A stretch of DNA of 64,000 nt from Asterias rubens (GCF_902459465.1 NC_047081.1:7564001-7628000), one strand, 5' to 3'; shown: positions 39,811 to 54,282, numbered from the stretch's first letter. Notes: a model not told the origin generated them from the letters alone. Program-made: numbers and translations.

Positions 39811-41610
39811 ACAATGAAAACTTACAATATGAAACAAGGCGGTCTCATCACATTGGCACGTTCCCCTCCCCTGTGCCCTCATTGGAAATCTGGACGTTTT
39901 GATTTTAAAGGATTTGGGTACCTTTTCAAAATGTCCATATATTTTCATTAAACTTACAGGGTTTAAAGATTATGATAGTGGAAAGCTTCCCTTCAAATAC
40001 TTCTTACGGGGGTGCTGTAGTTTTGAGAAACATCGACATGAAAATACGTTTGTAAAATGATTAAAATAATTTTCGTCTCATGAGAAGACAATTATTTTCA
40101 TGACATTGTTTTCCCAAAAACTACTGCACCTCAGCGGGTAATATTTTCAGTGAAGCTTTCTACTATCATTATTTTCAAACTGTGTAAGTTTAGTGTAAAT
40201 ATGTGGACATTGTGTTTTTTGTCGTACAAAAATTACATAGACCCTTTAATGCAGAGAGTAAAACATTATATTTTTCCACATTTACACGCATTCGATGTAA
40301 TTGTTTTGACATTTTCGTCATAATTATCTCATAGCAAATGACACAATAAGAACTTTAAAAGGGGTTCGTTTAATATTAATTGCAAAGTATGCCTTAGTGT
40401 TTTTTTTTCGGAAACGTTTGATTGTTTTTATATTTAGTGTATAGGTTGTATACAATAAAACACAAAGATTACATTTTTGTGGGGGAATAAAAACAGATAT
40501 ACTTTTCACACAACATATATAACTTCTAAGTGAAATGTTTCTCAAAATGCGTTAAACAATCGGAAGCTGCAGTATGACCAATAGTTTGTATTGCTACTAA
40601 TTTAAGAATTATCTCAACGTATACATTCCCTTCTGAAATCTATAACACCAAATATTTGTTTCAAACTTACCTCGGGTGAGTAGCAGGATACAGAACAAAT
40701 CGTTTACGAGAAGTTAAGCCTCAGGCCCCTATAGTCAGCCTAGTCGTAGGCATTGTCGTCTAATGAAGAAATACCCCAGGACTTTAACAGAGGGCCCCAG
40801 AACGACATCAGCAAAATTACCTTAACAAGTCATAATATTGTGTAGGCTGTCGTGGGCATCACACCACAGAAACATCTACTACTACGCATGCAGTCCGGTC
40901 TCTGTGGTCAGGTCTGGTCAGAAAATGTGCGGGAAACGACTTTAAAGGCGCGACTGCAAATCAAGCGGCTGTGGGCTAAGGCTGTGTTAGGAAGCAACAG
41001 CGAAAACGTCATAGGACTTTTGGGCATTCGGCCGTAGCCAATGCTAGAAGCCGTTATTTTGGACACAGCCTATCACAATCAGAGTATTGTGTGCAAAGGG
41101 ATGTTGTCGCAGCCACGTGATGAACATTGGGATCGAGTTTCTTTTATTTCACGTGATGAATTAACTACGGAAGCTTAAAGCTGTCAAATCACTTTCCATT
41201 TTTCCAGTATTTTACCGTTGAAAGACTTGGCTTCGAATGGCTGAACCTTGGCCCAATTTCACGGCTCTGCTTATCGTAAGCAAATAATCTGCGCTTGCGG
41301 AAGCAGGGAATTCTGTGCCTTTGTCAAGCGTATCTCACGGGCTAGGGCGGGGAATGCGAGCGGAGAATGGTGATCGACAAGTGCAGAGTTCGGCGGTAAG
41401 CAGATCCATGAACTTGGGCACTGTCTCCGCGATCAACGGCCCCTGGGGAAGCCAAATACATTGCAAACCGGAATATGTATTTTTTGGGTGTGAGTTTTAT
41501 GCAATTTCTGTCATTTGTTTGGCCCGGCAACATGGATATGTAGATGCCCACTAATTTAAGAAAAAAAAACCACTTGTCACACGAGTGTGCTTTTAGATGC
41601 TAGATGCAGC

Positions 41611-42368
41611 AAAGGCAGTGGACACTATTGGCAATTTATTTAAAATAATTATTAGCATAAAAACCTTACTGTAATGGGGAGAGGTTGATAGTATAAAACA
41701 TTGTGAGAAACATTGTGAAGTAACGTAGGTTTCGAGAAAGAAGTAATTTCCCACGAATTTGATTTCGAGACCTCTGAATCAAGCATCTGAACGCACACAA
41801 CTTCGTGTGACAAGGATGTTTTTTATTCACTATTATCTCGCAACCTCGACGACCAAATGGGCTCGTCGACGACCAATTGAGCTCATTCTTTCACAGGTTT
41901 GATATAGTTTATGCAAATTATGTTGAGATACACCAAGTGAGAAGACTGGTCTTTAAAAAAATACCAATAGTGTCCAGTGTCTTTAAAGGGAAGGAAGGTA
42001 CGCGTTTGGTAAATGTCGAAGACCAGTCTTACCACTTGGTGTATCCCATCATAACCATAAAATAACAAGCCTGTGAACATTTTGGCTAAATTGGTCATCG
42101 AAGTTACGAGAAAAACGATGAAAGAAAAATCATCCTTGTTATACGAATTTGTGTGCTTTCAGATAAGAATAAAAATTACCTCTAGCTAGAAGTCTGTATT
42201 ATTTTAGTGAGAAATTGCCTCTTTCAAAAAAAAAACTACGTTACTTCAGAGGGAGCCGTTTCTCACAATGTTTTATACTATCAACAGCTCTCCAATGCTC
42301 GTTACCAAGTCAGTTTTTAAGTTAATATTTGTTAGGAGTAATTACCAAACGTGTACCTTCCCTTTTAA
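41611..42368. mobile_element. Two family A MITEs head-to-tail, sharing TTAA at 41983-41986
   Basis: The first ends GTGTCCAGTGTCTTTAA; the second begins AGGGAAGG...GTTTGGTAA and ends TTACCAAACGTGTACCTTCCCTTTTAA. Confidence 0.75.
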
Positions 42369-42621
42369 CCAACGTATGAGAGAGATTGGATGTTACCAGC
42401 TTAGTGTTTTTATACCCTTTTGTGATTTTCCCGAGTTCCCTTGACGGGAAGAGCAGCTTTAAACGAAATACTGTTTTATTTTTTGCTGACAAAGAGAGCA
42501 TTTCGCTTTTTTTGCCTTTTCTTAACGGTAACCACCTCTTTTAAAAACGGGGTTCTTACCCTTACCACGGTGCACCCCTCCCCCCCCCCCCCGCGGACTG
42601 CACAATACAAAATGTTGCATG

Positions 42622-43014
42622 TTAAAGGAACACGTTGCCTTGGATCGGTCGAGTTGGTCTATAAAAAGCGTTTGAAACCGTTTGTTATGAAATGCATATG
42701 GTTAGAAAGATGTTTTAAAAGTAGAATACAATGATCCACACAAATATCACTCGAAATTGCACGGTTTTCCTTTTACGTCGCGATCAACTATCACGGTCGG
42801 CCATTTATGGGAGTCAAAATTTTGACTCCAATAATGGCCGACCGTGTTAGTCGACAGGGTAAAAAGAAAACCACGCAATTTCGAGGCATATTTGTGTAGA
42901 TAATTGTATTCTACTTTTACAATTTCTTTCTAACCATAAACATTTTACAACAAACGGTTACAGAACGATTTTCAAAGACCAACTCGACCGATCCAAGGCA
43001 ACGTGTTCCTTTAA
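42622..43014. mobile_element. MITE family B (long-palindrome, TTAA-flanked, Kolobok-like)
   Basis: TTAAAGGAACACGTTGCCTTGGATCGG...CCGATCCAAGGCAACGTGTTCCTTTAA. Other copies at 13102-13496, 48766-49149, 54663-55005, and a half copy at about 14040-14362. Confidence 0.8.
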
Positions 43015-43285
43015 TGATGCATACAAATAATCAAAAACAACGGCCATGAAAATCCACATACTATGTGGAGCAAATAAACATCGCGCAGGCTTTTTGTTAA
43101 GGTTTTTGCAACGCACTTTCCATGGGAGCTGCACCCGCAACAAGTCGTATCTAATGCATGAGTGCAGACGCTGTGAGTGTCTATATGATTAAATGTAGTG
43201 CTTGGTTGTGTACAAACCTCACCATTACACACTCGTAGTACGATAGCATTAAACGCGGCAAGTCACCACTAAACCTCAAACAAAA

Positions 43286-46200
43286 ATGGCGAAAAACAAG
43301 CTGTATTACATTTGGAATTTCATTGAGAAACCCGGCAAGCCGAAAAGTCCCTTTAATTCCTTTCTGGAGATGTGGACGGAAACCACAAACTACGTGAAGA
43401 AGAATCCACAGTTTTTGTCGACTCAGCTTCACCGAAACCTCAATCCAACTGGTGGTAAGTCTGACGACTCGATTACGAGTGTAGGCTGGGTTGGGTGTAA
43501 TGGCGGAGGGGTATAGTTTAGACATAATAAGTTTAGAGAACTGAAATGAAGTTGTGGTGATTAAAGTGATCGAAGTGTGGGTTCGAATCCCGGTCATGAC
43601 ACTCGTGTGTCCTTGAGCAAGATACTTTACTATAATTAGTTGATGTTCTTCACCCATGGGTATAAATGGGTGCCTGCGAGGGTGTGAGATGTGAAAAAGC
43701 CTTTGGGCTGCTACAGATACCCACAACAGGTTGTGTATTCTCCCTAGGGAGCTTTAAGGATTGCAAGAATGTTAATATTGGTCCAATGACCACCAGCCGT
43801 CGATTTCACAAAAAGTTAGGACACATCTTATCTCTTAGGACGAATAACTCGTCCTAACTTAGGACGAGTAACTCGTCCTAACTTAGGATTAATATTAAGG
43901 TATGCATGCTACAGTGCAGGGTTGGGACTCGTCCTAAGTCATAATCCTAAGTTAGGAAGAGTTTTGCGAAACCGACGGCAGGGCACCATTGCAAAGCGCA
44001 TTGATACGGTTATTGTAAAATGCGCTATATGTACGAATTTGCTATAACTTATTCGCATCTTACGCAAACAGCACACTAAACAACGAAGAAGTTTTAGTAT
44101 GGACCTTGTCATACAAGGTATTTGTTAGGCAGCGTGTAAGTTGCAGGGCAACTTCAGTGCATGACACAGGACCAATTTGGTAGCACATGATCATTTTTTC
44201 AAACTGCCTTCACGACCCCCAAGAAAAAGGAAGACTCCGCCCCTACATTCAAATGTGATTGCCTTTTCTTCTTGAAGGTTACCTTGGGAACTGGTTGCCT
44301 GTTAATTGCCCGATCGTCTTAAAAAAAAGAATAAACACACACAACATATCATATAGGGACTCAAAACTCAATTTACTAGAGTATGGGAATTGACCACAAC
44401 CTGTAAAAACATTTTAAGGCGGGGGGGGGGGGGTAGGCGCGGGGGGTCACAAGGGTGTGCGTCATTTTTGTATAGGGTGTGAAATCTGGAGGTGTTTTTT
44501 TCAAGTTGGTGGAAGAATTTGTGAAGAAAAATATTCTTGCTTTAAAATCCCGTTGTAATAGTAATGTTCGGATAATAAATGATTTCAAACTAGTGTGACA
44601 TCTTTTAACTGTTCTTCATATTCCATTTTACAGGAGCATTCCCTTGCGTGAACCACGCTGCCTTTGACGGGACAGACTTTGAAGGGTTCGGCAAGCCGAC
44701 TCCAAAATGGTTTGAAGTCCTCAAAGCCACGACAGGGGACACTGTTGCTCACCCAGGTACGTGTGAACTTCCAGATAATAGCATCTAGGTTCCGTAGGTC
44801 AGCGTAAAAGTAACAACTCCCTACGTCTTATGTTCAACTGCACAATATTACAAGCTGAAACATTTTGCGAAACACTGGCTGTAAAAATAACTGAGTAAAA
44901 AAACAATTATCCACTCATTACAGTACAATAAACAAATTGTCAAGCATTAATGTTGAGCAAGTCATACTTGAAACTTTGCATGAAGATATAATCCAGTGAT
45001 GCTATCTCTTTAAGTGATATGGTGGTTCTGAGAAGATCCATTGCTTTATAACCAACTCGACAAATTTGACTAAAGACCATTGCATCAATTTTTTTTTTCC
45101 TCGTCGTGTCCTTGTCTGTCTCAGGGAAATATACAAAAGCATTATGCTTAAAAAATGTCCCTGCATGTTGACTAATGTAAATTGTTGTAGTTATTATCTT
45201 CAAATTCTATGCATTGCATCTGTCCTTCGTTATTACGTTCATCGATATTTGTTTTCTAGTGTATGCTTAAATTGCTATTGTTGACATGAAAATAAATGTT
45301 CATTGAATTGGATTGAACATTGAAACAAACTAATTGTCAACCATCAATGTTGGGCAAGTCATACCTGAAACTTTGCAAGTTTAAGGTACAATCATGTGAT
45401 GCACGCTCTTTGTGGTGGATTTGAGAAGAGTCGGTGCTGTAATAACCCGACCTTTCGTCTAAAGACCATCAAAGCATACTGATCGAAAGGTCGGGTGTAG
45501 TAACAACCCTCCACTTGTCATTGCAATATAAAAAAATATATATATATAAAGTGTTACCGGAAAATTTGAAACTTAAATGTTCTTATGTTAATGTTTGTGC
45601 TTATACTTTCCTGAGCTCTGTGAAAATAAAAATCATAGGAATATTACTCAGGTGGGATTCAAACCCACGCAGTTTCTTACCAACTGGACCACCGAGATTG
45701 CCCGGCAGCTATAGTAAATACAGAGGCAGTAAGACTGCTATACTTTCAGAAGCAGGTATACGCAAAGATGAAACGTTCTTTTGCTTTGTTTTTCCTTTGA
45801 TGATTTGTAAAAACTTACAGGCGGTTATCTTGAGTTTGGGACCACCACTGGGAAACCTCTTGGCCCATGGTTACCCAAGGATGATAAGACCACGTTCATC
45901 GTGACTGCATTTAAGGTAAGATTAAACGAAAACGAAGTAGTCAGTTGGGTGTTTCGTTTTATTGAGAAGTAGATTATGCTCAAACAAAGACATCTTAATT
46001 CGCCTAGCTCTTTCTCCCTTTTTGTTGTGCCAAAAATCCGCTATTCAACGTTTGCAGAGAGAACTTTCTCTGTAAATGGCCCCAAAATGTGAAATAAGCT
46101 TCCTGTTCAAATCAGAAATGCCAGCTCACTTACCTCGTTCAAGAAATTAAAGCTGATTTGTTTCAGCCGGCTTACAAATAAATCACCTGCACTAGTGGAA

Positions 46201-46990
46201 GTGTCGTGGCCGAGTGGAAGAGCACCGAATTCAAACTCTGGTGTTTCTGATGATCAGCAGAGTGTGGGTACGAATCCCCAGCCGTGACACTTAATGTGTC
46301 CTTAAGCAAGACACTTAAACATTGCTTCTTCCTTCGGATGGGACGTAAAGCCGATGGTCCAATGTGTTGTGTAACGCATGTAAAAGAACCCAGTGCACTT
46401 TTCGAAAAAAGAATGGGTTCGCCCCGGTGTTCCTGGCTGTGGCTGCTGTATGCGCCGTAGCACCTTGTAAACCCTTATAAGGTGCTGAATAAATGGGTCT
46501 CAAAATTCATCACTGCATCTTTCTGAAAGTTTGTATATAGACGATGTGACCTGTGACATCACATGTTTACAAAAGAGACACAGAGCAAGGACTTCCTGCA
46601 GGCATGCTTTGTATACAACTCAATGGAAGAAAACATAAAATCTTATATTTTATGGAGATTGCACTGTCTAATTCTTATCAACTTTTGATGTGGTGAAAGG
46701 GGGCACATCTCAAAACTTGACCAGCTTTTACTTCACAACTCTTGGTTTTATGTGAAAATTATGACACAAAAATATGTCAACATTCCCATAGGACCGGTGT
46801 AAGCAGCTTGCCTGCCAGAATACTCAAAGAATGTACAAGGTCACACTTATTGTAAACAAGGTTCACATGGTCTAAACTCAGCGCCTTGAGTACCTTGTTT
46901 GTTAGATACGCACGGTGCGCTATAATATAAGACTTCGATATCAGTGCATCCGCGCCTTTTAGAGCAAACCTTTGACTTTGCGCTCTATAA

Positions 46991-47022
<32 letters not shown>

Positions 47023-47635
47023 ATTGATTGGTTGATTAATTGATTGATTGATTGATCTGTCCTTTCTAAAACCATCAGAGTAATTTATCTTTTTCTCTGT
47101 CACTCTCTCTCTCTCTCTTTGTAATTGTATTAACTCCGTGAGAGACAAACGTGTCTGTCAAATGGTCGTTAGAGCTCGCCATTTTGTTCTGCATATTGTT
47201 TACGGTATCAATAATGAGAAAACGTCTTATCCAACACCATCCCAAAACCAACATCATTTAGTATCACTCTTTATATAGGCAGGTGACGAGAAGGACGCCA
47301 AAGCACAGGAAGCATTCGAGAAAGATTGGAAGGAATCTTCAGGAACCAACTTCATCCTCAAGAATGCTCCCAAGGAGCTCGGCATCTCTTACTGCGGCCT
47401 GTATAAGAAGTTTACTGAGCGTCCCGGGATACTCTACGTCCTCAGAGCTGAGCTGACCGGGGCTGGTGAGGACTCTGAGCCGGCCAAGACCTTCCTGGCA
47501 CAACTCAAGGAGTTCAAGTATCCGGACTATTTCCAGAAGGTGGACACCGATCTCTTCAAGCCGGACCAAGAAAATATTCATTTTTCCGAGGGTGGGGTGA
47601 GGGAGCTTCCGGCAGGCTTCGTGTGGAAGCCATAA
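43286..47635 (+). CDS. Tandem paralogue 1: two-domain ABM-like (dimeric alpha+beta barrel) protein, ~247 aa
   Basis: Join 43286-43454, 44634-44756, 45821-45915, 47279-47635; GT-AG introns, phases 1,1,0, open frame throughout. MAKNKLYYIWNFIEK...NPQFLSTQLHRNLNPTG-GAFPCVNHAAFDG...AHPG-GYLEFG...FIVTAFK-AGDEK...FEKDWKESSG...WKP*. Confidence 0.85.
43555..43795 (+). mobile_element. tRNA-derived SINE fragment in intron 1 of paralogue 1
   Basis: GGTTCGAATCCC followed by the GTCCTTGAGCAAG...GTATAAATGGGT core typical of invertebrate SINEs. Confidence 0.6.
46036..46165 (+). mobile_element. L2/CR1-type LINE ORF2 3' end fragment
   Basis: With a frameshift: YSTFAERTFSVNGPKM / NKLPVQIRNASSLTSFKK. Confidence 0.6.
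46197..46530 (+). mobile_element. tRNA-derived SINE in intron 3 of paralogue 1
   Basis: A box GTGGCCGAGTGG, B-box-like GGTACGAATCC, GTCCTTAAGCAAGACAC core; an inverted partial copy lies at about 3025-3200. Confidence 0.65.
46990..47118. repeat. (ATTG)n and (CT)n microsatellites
   Basis: Direct reading. Confidence 0.9.
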
Positions 47636-48021
47636 GCTCTGATAGAAACGCAGCAAACAAACCTGACCCGGTTTCAAAGAGCTGGTAATAGCAGAGAATA
47701 TTGCTTGTAAAATTTCTGCTCACCAGAAATGAGCAGGTTTCCATTCACACGAAGTTGTGTGCTTTCAGATGCTTGAGTTCGGGACCTTAAAATCTAATTC
47801 TGAGGTCTCGAAGTCAAATTCAAATAATTATATTCAAGTAGAAAATTACTTATTTCTCGAAAATGACATTACTTCAGAGGGAGCCGTTTTTTCCAAATGT
47901 TTTATACTATCAACAACTCTCGGGTTTTATGCTCACAAGTTTAGTGTTTGTGTATAATGAAGAGAAGCAGCGCAGTTTAAACCAGAAGCTTTTAACTTAT
48001 TGCCAAGAGATAATCAAACCT

Positions 48022-48356
48022 TTAAAGACACCGGACGCTATTGGTAATTGTCAAAGACCAGTCTTCACAGCTGGTGTATCTCAACATATGTAAAATATAA
48101 CAAACTTGTGAAATTTTGTGCTCAATTGGTCGTCAAAGTTGCAAGAAAACAATAAAAGAAAAAATACCCTGGTCATCCGAAGTTGTGTGCTTTCAGATGC
48201 TTGATTTCGAGACCTTCCGAAAACTATGTCACTTCACAGGGAGCCGTTTCTCACAATGGTTTAAACTTATCAACCCCTCCTCATTATTCATTACCAAGTG
48301 AGGTTTTATGCTAATAAATATTTTGAGTAATAACCAATAGTGTCCACTGCCTTTAA
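48022..48356. mobile_element. MITE family A
   Basis: TTAA + TIRs; flanked by a 49-bp direct duplication (see findings). Confidence 0.8.
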
Positions 48357-51109
48357 ACCAGAAGCTTTCAACTCATTGCCAAGAGATAAACAAACCTTTA
48401 AGTTTAAGACAACTATTTTTAACCTGTCGTTATAGGTAAATATATTTTCTATGATGTTGATATAAGATGCATTGAGTTATTAGAATAAAAAGTTGTTATG
48501 TAAAGACAATAAAAACAGTTTACGGTAACTGTAGATTTTAGGGTCTTTCGGATAGTCGTAAAGCCATTGGACACTTTCGGAACAGAAGAAAAAGTTCACA
48601 GATTTACTTATGTCATGACACGGCGAAACGTGCGGAAACAAGGGTGGGTTTTACCTTTATTTTTTCCCGACTCCGATGACCGATTGAGCCTAAATTTTCA
48701 CTGGTTTGTGATGCACGAAGTGTGGGCCTTTGAATAATACTGTTTCCCGAAAGTGTCCAATGGCTTTAAATGAACACATTGCCTTGGATAGGGAGAGTTG
48801 GTCTTTATAAAAAGTGTTTGAAACCGTTTGTTGTTAAATGTATAATGGTTGGAAAGATGTTTTAAAAGTAGAATACAATGATCCGCACAAATGCCTTAAA
48901 ATTGCGTGGTTTTCCTCTTTAGTTGTGAACCACAGTCGGCCATTTTGTTGACTCGAAATTTTGACTCAAAAAATGGCCGACCTTATTGGTTCGCGACGTA
49001 AAACGAAAACCGTGCAATTTCGAGGGATATTTATGTGGATCATTATATTCTATTTCAAACATCTTTCCGATCATTTTGATTTCTTAACAAACGGTTTCAA
49101 ATTTTTTCATGGACCAGCTCGACCGATCCAAGGCAACGTGCTCCTTTAATATTTTCTTTTTTTGCACAGGCAAGCTGTGGTCTGTATTGTTGCACTAATA
49201 CCAGATTTGTATGATGGTGTAATTCACACAATGCATTCGCTAGGTGCTGTCAAAGAGTGTCTTATAATAAATCTGCAATTGAATTGCACTGGCAAAGAAA
49301 CCAATTTTAGAGTGTCTAAGGTATTTGTTGACTGAATTGAATTTAGAAATTAATGTTAACTTTATGTGTTTAAAAAAAAGAGTCACTGTTAAGAATTATC
49401 TTTCTGATTCGGAGTGGAAAATTCTACAAAATAACGGGCCGTGCATCTGTCATTACATTACATGAAACCACATACTTTCAAGGGATGCTAACGTGATTAT
49501 TATATTCTGCTTTTAAAATCGTATTTCCCTAAACATTCATACACCGGGGGCTTGTTAGCCCTAAAACGCCCAAACCAGGAGGCTTTGTATCACTTTAAAG
49601 CGCAGGTATTCCGCCGGAAAGTAGAACCTTGACATTGGTCCTTGACATCCCGTGACTTACCCATATATTGAGCACAAAGGACCGTGTATAAAGTAAATAG
49701 CTGCAATGACTGGACGTTTTTGAAGTTATTAGCATGATAATGAATATTGAACTTTCCTGACCCAAAGCACTTTGCTAAAAAGGTTTTGTTTACATTTTGT
49801 AGTTTAAGTGTTTAGGCCATGCCATGAATCCCACTGTGAATGAAGATGTACGTAATATAGTTTACCTGTAGAAGTTTCCGCCTGATTGTCTCAAGAGTTT
49901 GAGAGAAAAGTGAAAATCACAGAACGATGTTGTCAGGAGAGTCGCGTATAATACCAGCAATGGTAAATACGTTGTAACTGCTATAAAACAATTTGTCTCC
50001 CGAAATTAGTTTAGTATGTAGGCCTAATAACGTTGGTATAATGGCGCGACATAATTTATTTTCGTCACATTTGTTACTTATTATTTATCAAAAACTACAG
50101 CAAGTATAATTTGAGGGACTTAAAGCTTTCTACCATAATTGTCTTCAAAACGTAACAAAAAGTACCCACATCCTCCCCTTAAAAAGGGGGTTTGGGGAAC
50201 AGGGAACTATTGGTACGGCATAAAACACAAACGTCGCAGATTTACATTCCACACCAGGGCCCAATTTCATAGCGCTGCTAAGCAAAACAAATTTGCTTAG
50301 CATGAAATTTCGTCCTTGATAAAAACAGGATTACCAACTGAATTTCTACGTGATTTTCAGGATAAGCGAACAACATCTGAATACCAGTAGCAATCAATAT
50401 TGAACAAATGAAAATTTGGTTGGTCATCCTGTTTTAGTCAAGAAAGAAATTTCATGCTTAGCAAATTGTTGTGCTTAGCAGCTCTATGACATTGGGCACA
50501 GATGGTATAGAACCCTATATCGAACAATTAAAATACTACTAGCTCCTCATGTACCGTGCGGTGCTCCTGTATTCCTTGCTGGTGAGGTGTTGTTTATAGT
50601 TTTGGGAAGCTACAGGTAAATTACATTACATGCATCTTCATTCATAGTAAGTGGGGACTCATGTCATGCGCTAAAAACTTACAAACTAAGGATATCAAAA
50701 CTCTGTTAAGCCAGATGGTGGTTTGCAAAGTGCCTTAGGTCATGAAAGTTTAAAATTCAGTATTGTGCAAAAACGTCCAGTCATTGCTGCTTGTTATTAT
50801 TATTATATTTATTTAGGTCATAAAAGTTCGATATATATTATTATGCTAATATTTACAAAAAGGTCAAGTCATTGCAGCCAACACAGACCATTGTGCCACC
50901 ACAAGGCGAGGATGCAGGTACGAATATTTCGGTTATTAAGCACAACGCAGTTTCATTTCACAAGTATTGAGAGGGACGCCCGTCCTCAAAGTCGACGTAT
51001 GCGCAGATTACTCAATGTGTAATATTAACCGTCGCAAAACCATCAAAAACGAAAAGCTCCCTAATAGACTGAGCAACTAGCCACCGCAAGCAAAACTAAC
51101 ACAACAAAA

Positions 51110-51635
51110 ATGGCAAAAAACGAGCTGTATTTCGTTTACAACTTCATCGAGAAACCTGTCGTGGTCCCTCCATTTAGATCCTACGTAGAGTCGTGGTTCC
51201 AGACGGTGCTCTACGTGAGAAAGAACCCACAGTTTCTGTCTACCCAGCTTCACCGAAACTTGAACCCGAAGGGTAAGTCGATCCTAATGACTCCAAAGCT
51301 GCAGTGGTTATTAATGTTCTACGTGGTCAGGGTCCCTCGCTGCAGACTTAACACAGCAGTGGTGCAAGTCAGAAAAAAGAATAAGGAAGGGGTGTTAAAA
51401 AGTACAAGTATTTAGTGATGATAATGATACAGAATGTTTTATGCAGACAAACAAAATGTCCCCCTGCAAGGGGGGGGGGGGGCTCCAATCCCTTGTGTCA
51501 GGCTAGTAGACCCTCATACACTCGCCATTGTCCACGCTTTAATTGGATTGATGAGCATTCGCTGATAATTTTCCATTTTAGTTGGGCACGCGCGTTGGCA
51601 ATTTGATGATACTTAAATAGGGCCGTAGGGATGAT

Positions 51636-51666
<31 letters not shown>

Positions 51667-53349
51667 GGGGGTGGGGGTGGGGGTGGGGTGGGGGTGGGGG
51701 ACATTATGGGAACAACCAAGAGGCAGTGGGAATTTGCCATGTACCATAAAATGAGCTACCCTGGATCATGGGAATGGGCTACCCTGGATCATGTGAATAA
51801 GCTTCCATGGATCATCGGAATGAGCTAGATCATAGACTGATTTTTACTTAGTATCTTGTTCTACCTCTAAAGAGTATTTTTCAATCTTCCATAACCGACA
51901 GGGAAATACCCCCTCGTGAACTATGCTGCCTTTGACGGGACAGACTTTGAAGGCTTTGGCAAGCCATCTGAAACCTGGGATAACGTACGTAAAACATCCG
52001 TGGGGTCGACTACTATGCATCCAGGTAAGTCTGGAATAAACGAGCGTGAACAAAAATTATTCAGTTTTACTTCCCTCGATCTTTAAAGGCAGTGGACACT
52101 ATTGGTAATAACTAAAAATAATTAGTAGCATAAAACCTTACTTGGTAAAGAGTAATGGGGAGAGGTTGATAGTAGAAAACATTGTGAGAAACGGCTCCCT
52201 CTGAAGTGACGTAGTTTTCGAGAAAGAAGTAATTTTCCACGAATTTGATTTCGAGACCTCAGGTTTAGAATTTGAGGTCTCGAAATAAAGCATCTGAAAG
52301 CACACAACTTCGTGTGACAAGAGTGTTTTTTTTTTTTCATTATTATCTCGCAACTTCGATGACCAACTGAGGTCAAATTTTCACAGGTTTGTTATTTTAT
52401 TACATTTTTTTTGTTGAGATACACTAAGTGGGAAGACTTGTCTTTGACAATTATCAATGGTGTCAAGGGTCTTTAAAACATCACGATGGTACCACTGGCA
52501 AACGCATAATCTCCCCGCCCCTTTAGAATTCGAACATGAAACGCTCCATACAGTCCATAAATTGTCCGTGGGTATATACCAGCTCTTATAATATTTTAAT
52601 AATTTGTCAACTTACAGGCGGTTATCTTGAGTTTGGGACCACCACTGGGAAACCTCTTGGCCCATGGTTACCCAAGGATGATAAGACCACGTTCATTGTG
52701 ACTGCATTTAAGGTTGGTATTTATAAATATAACAGTTAATAAACTGTCACTTTTATCATTAACATCTTTAAACAAATTCAAGGGATTACAATATTTTTAA
52801 ACTCGTGGAATTTTGTCCGCCTGTTTTTTTTTTATTATAGTTATAGCTCGTTTGTTTTTAACTGCTTTTACTTTTTATTTAATGAGAGACAATTTAAATG
52901 TTATTGTTTTAACTGTCATCAAATCACGGTTTATATCAAAATTGAGACTAGGATGTGTATGCCTCATGATAGTTTTGTTTGCACTTGTTTAGGCAAGTGA
53001 CGAGAAGGACACCAAACTCCAGGAGGCATTCGAGAAAGATTGGAAGGAATCTTCAGGAACAAACTTCATCCTCAAGAATGCTTCCAAGGAGCTCGGCATC
53101 TCTAACTGCAGCCTGTATAAGAAGTTTACCGAGCGTCCCGGGTTGCTGTACGTCCTCAGAGCTGAGCTGACCGGGGCTGGAGTGGACTCTGAGCCGGCCA
53201 AGACCTTCCTGGCGCAACTCAAGGAGTTCAAGTATCCGGACTACTTCGAGAGTGTGGACACGGATCTCTTCATGCCGGACCCAGGAAATATTCAATTTCC
53301 TGAAAGTGGGAAGAAGGAACTTCCAGCAGGATTCACATGGAAGCCATAG
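51110..53349 (+). CDS. Tandem paralogue 2: two-domain ABM-like protein, ~245 aa
   Basis: Join 51110-51272, 51902-52024, 52618-52712, 52993-53349; GT-AG introns, phases 1,1,0; same exon architecture and motifs as paralogue 1. Confidence 0.85.
52083..52476. mobile_element. MITE family A in intron 2 of paralogue 2
   Basis: Near-consensus copy with TTAA flanks. Confidence 0.85.
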
Positions 53350-54282
53350 ACATAGCTTGGCAAGGAAACGCAGCAGCGGTCGATTTCACTAAAAATTTTA
53401 TAGGATTAATCTTAGGACTTAGGACGAGTAAAGTTCCGTATCCAAATACGTAGGACGCATTGAACCCATCCTAAGTTAGGACGGGTTTCTCGTCCACACT
53501 CGAGATAGGATTAATTATAGCGTTTCTCGGAAATGGCTGTATGAATCATAAGGTAGCTACTCTAGTACAAATACCTCAGAAAGATTTGTCTTTTTAAATG
53601 TTTGCCTATGGAAGAATTAGATTGATTCGTTAAATCTTGAACAATCACATTTTGGAAGAGAAAATTGTATGACAATTTCTAGCTGTAAATTTAGAAATGA
53701 ATAACCAAAGGTGAAAAGAATGAAAAAAATTGTTCCTGATCGTCAACCTTTTAAAAATGCGTAGCAGTAGTTTTAAATAGAATTAAAGTAGACGTTGTTT
53801 TTCAAAATGTACTGGATATAGGCCTACAACTTTGGTAATTTTCAAAGACCAGTCTTCTTATTTTGTGTATCCCAACATGCATAAAGTAACAAACATGTGA
53901 ACAATTTGAACTCAGTCGGTCATCAAAGTTGCGAGATAACAATGAAAGAGAAAACACCATTGTCGCATCCCAGTTCTGTGCTTTTGTATGATGCATTGAA
54001 TTAGAGACCTCAGCTGAAGTCTCGAATTCAATTCAAATAATTTAGTGGGAAAACAATTCTTTCTCAAAAACTACGTTACTTCAGAGGGAGCCGTTTCTCA
54101 CAATAAAACCAAACAATAATACGGTCAAATCTTGATTTTGTTAACAAACTATACTATAGAGGTTTTCATCAACAGGCTTAGTGACAAAAGTAGGCCTACT
54201 ATAGGTGTTATATAACATTGAAATCTATATTTTCAGTTATCATTGATAGACAAAACCAAAATATTTCAAAACCATTTCGCTC

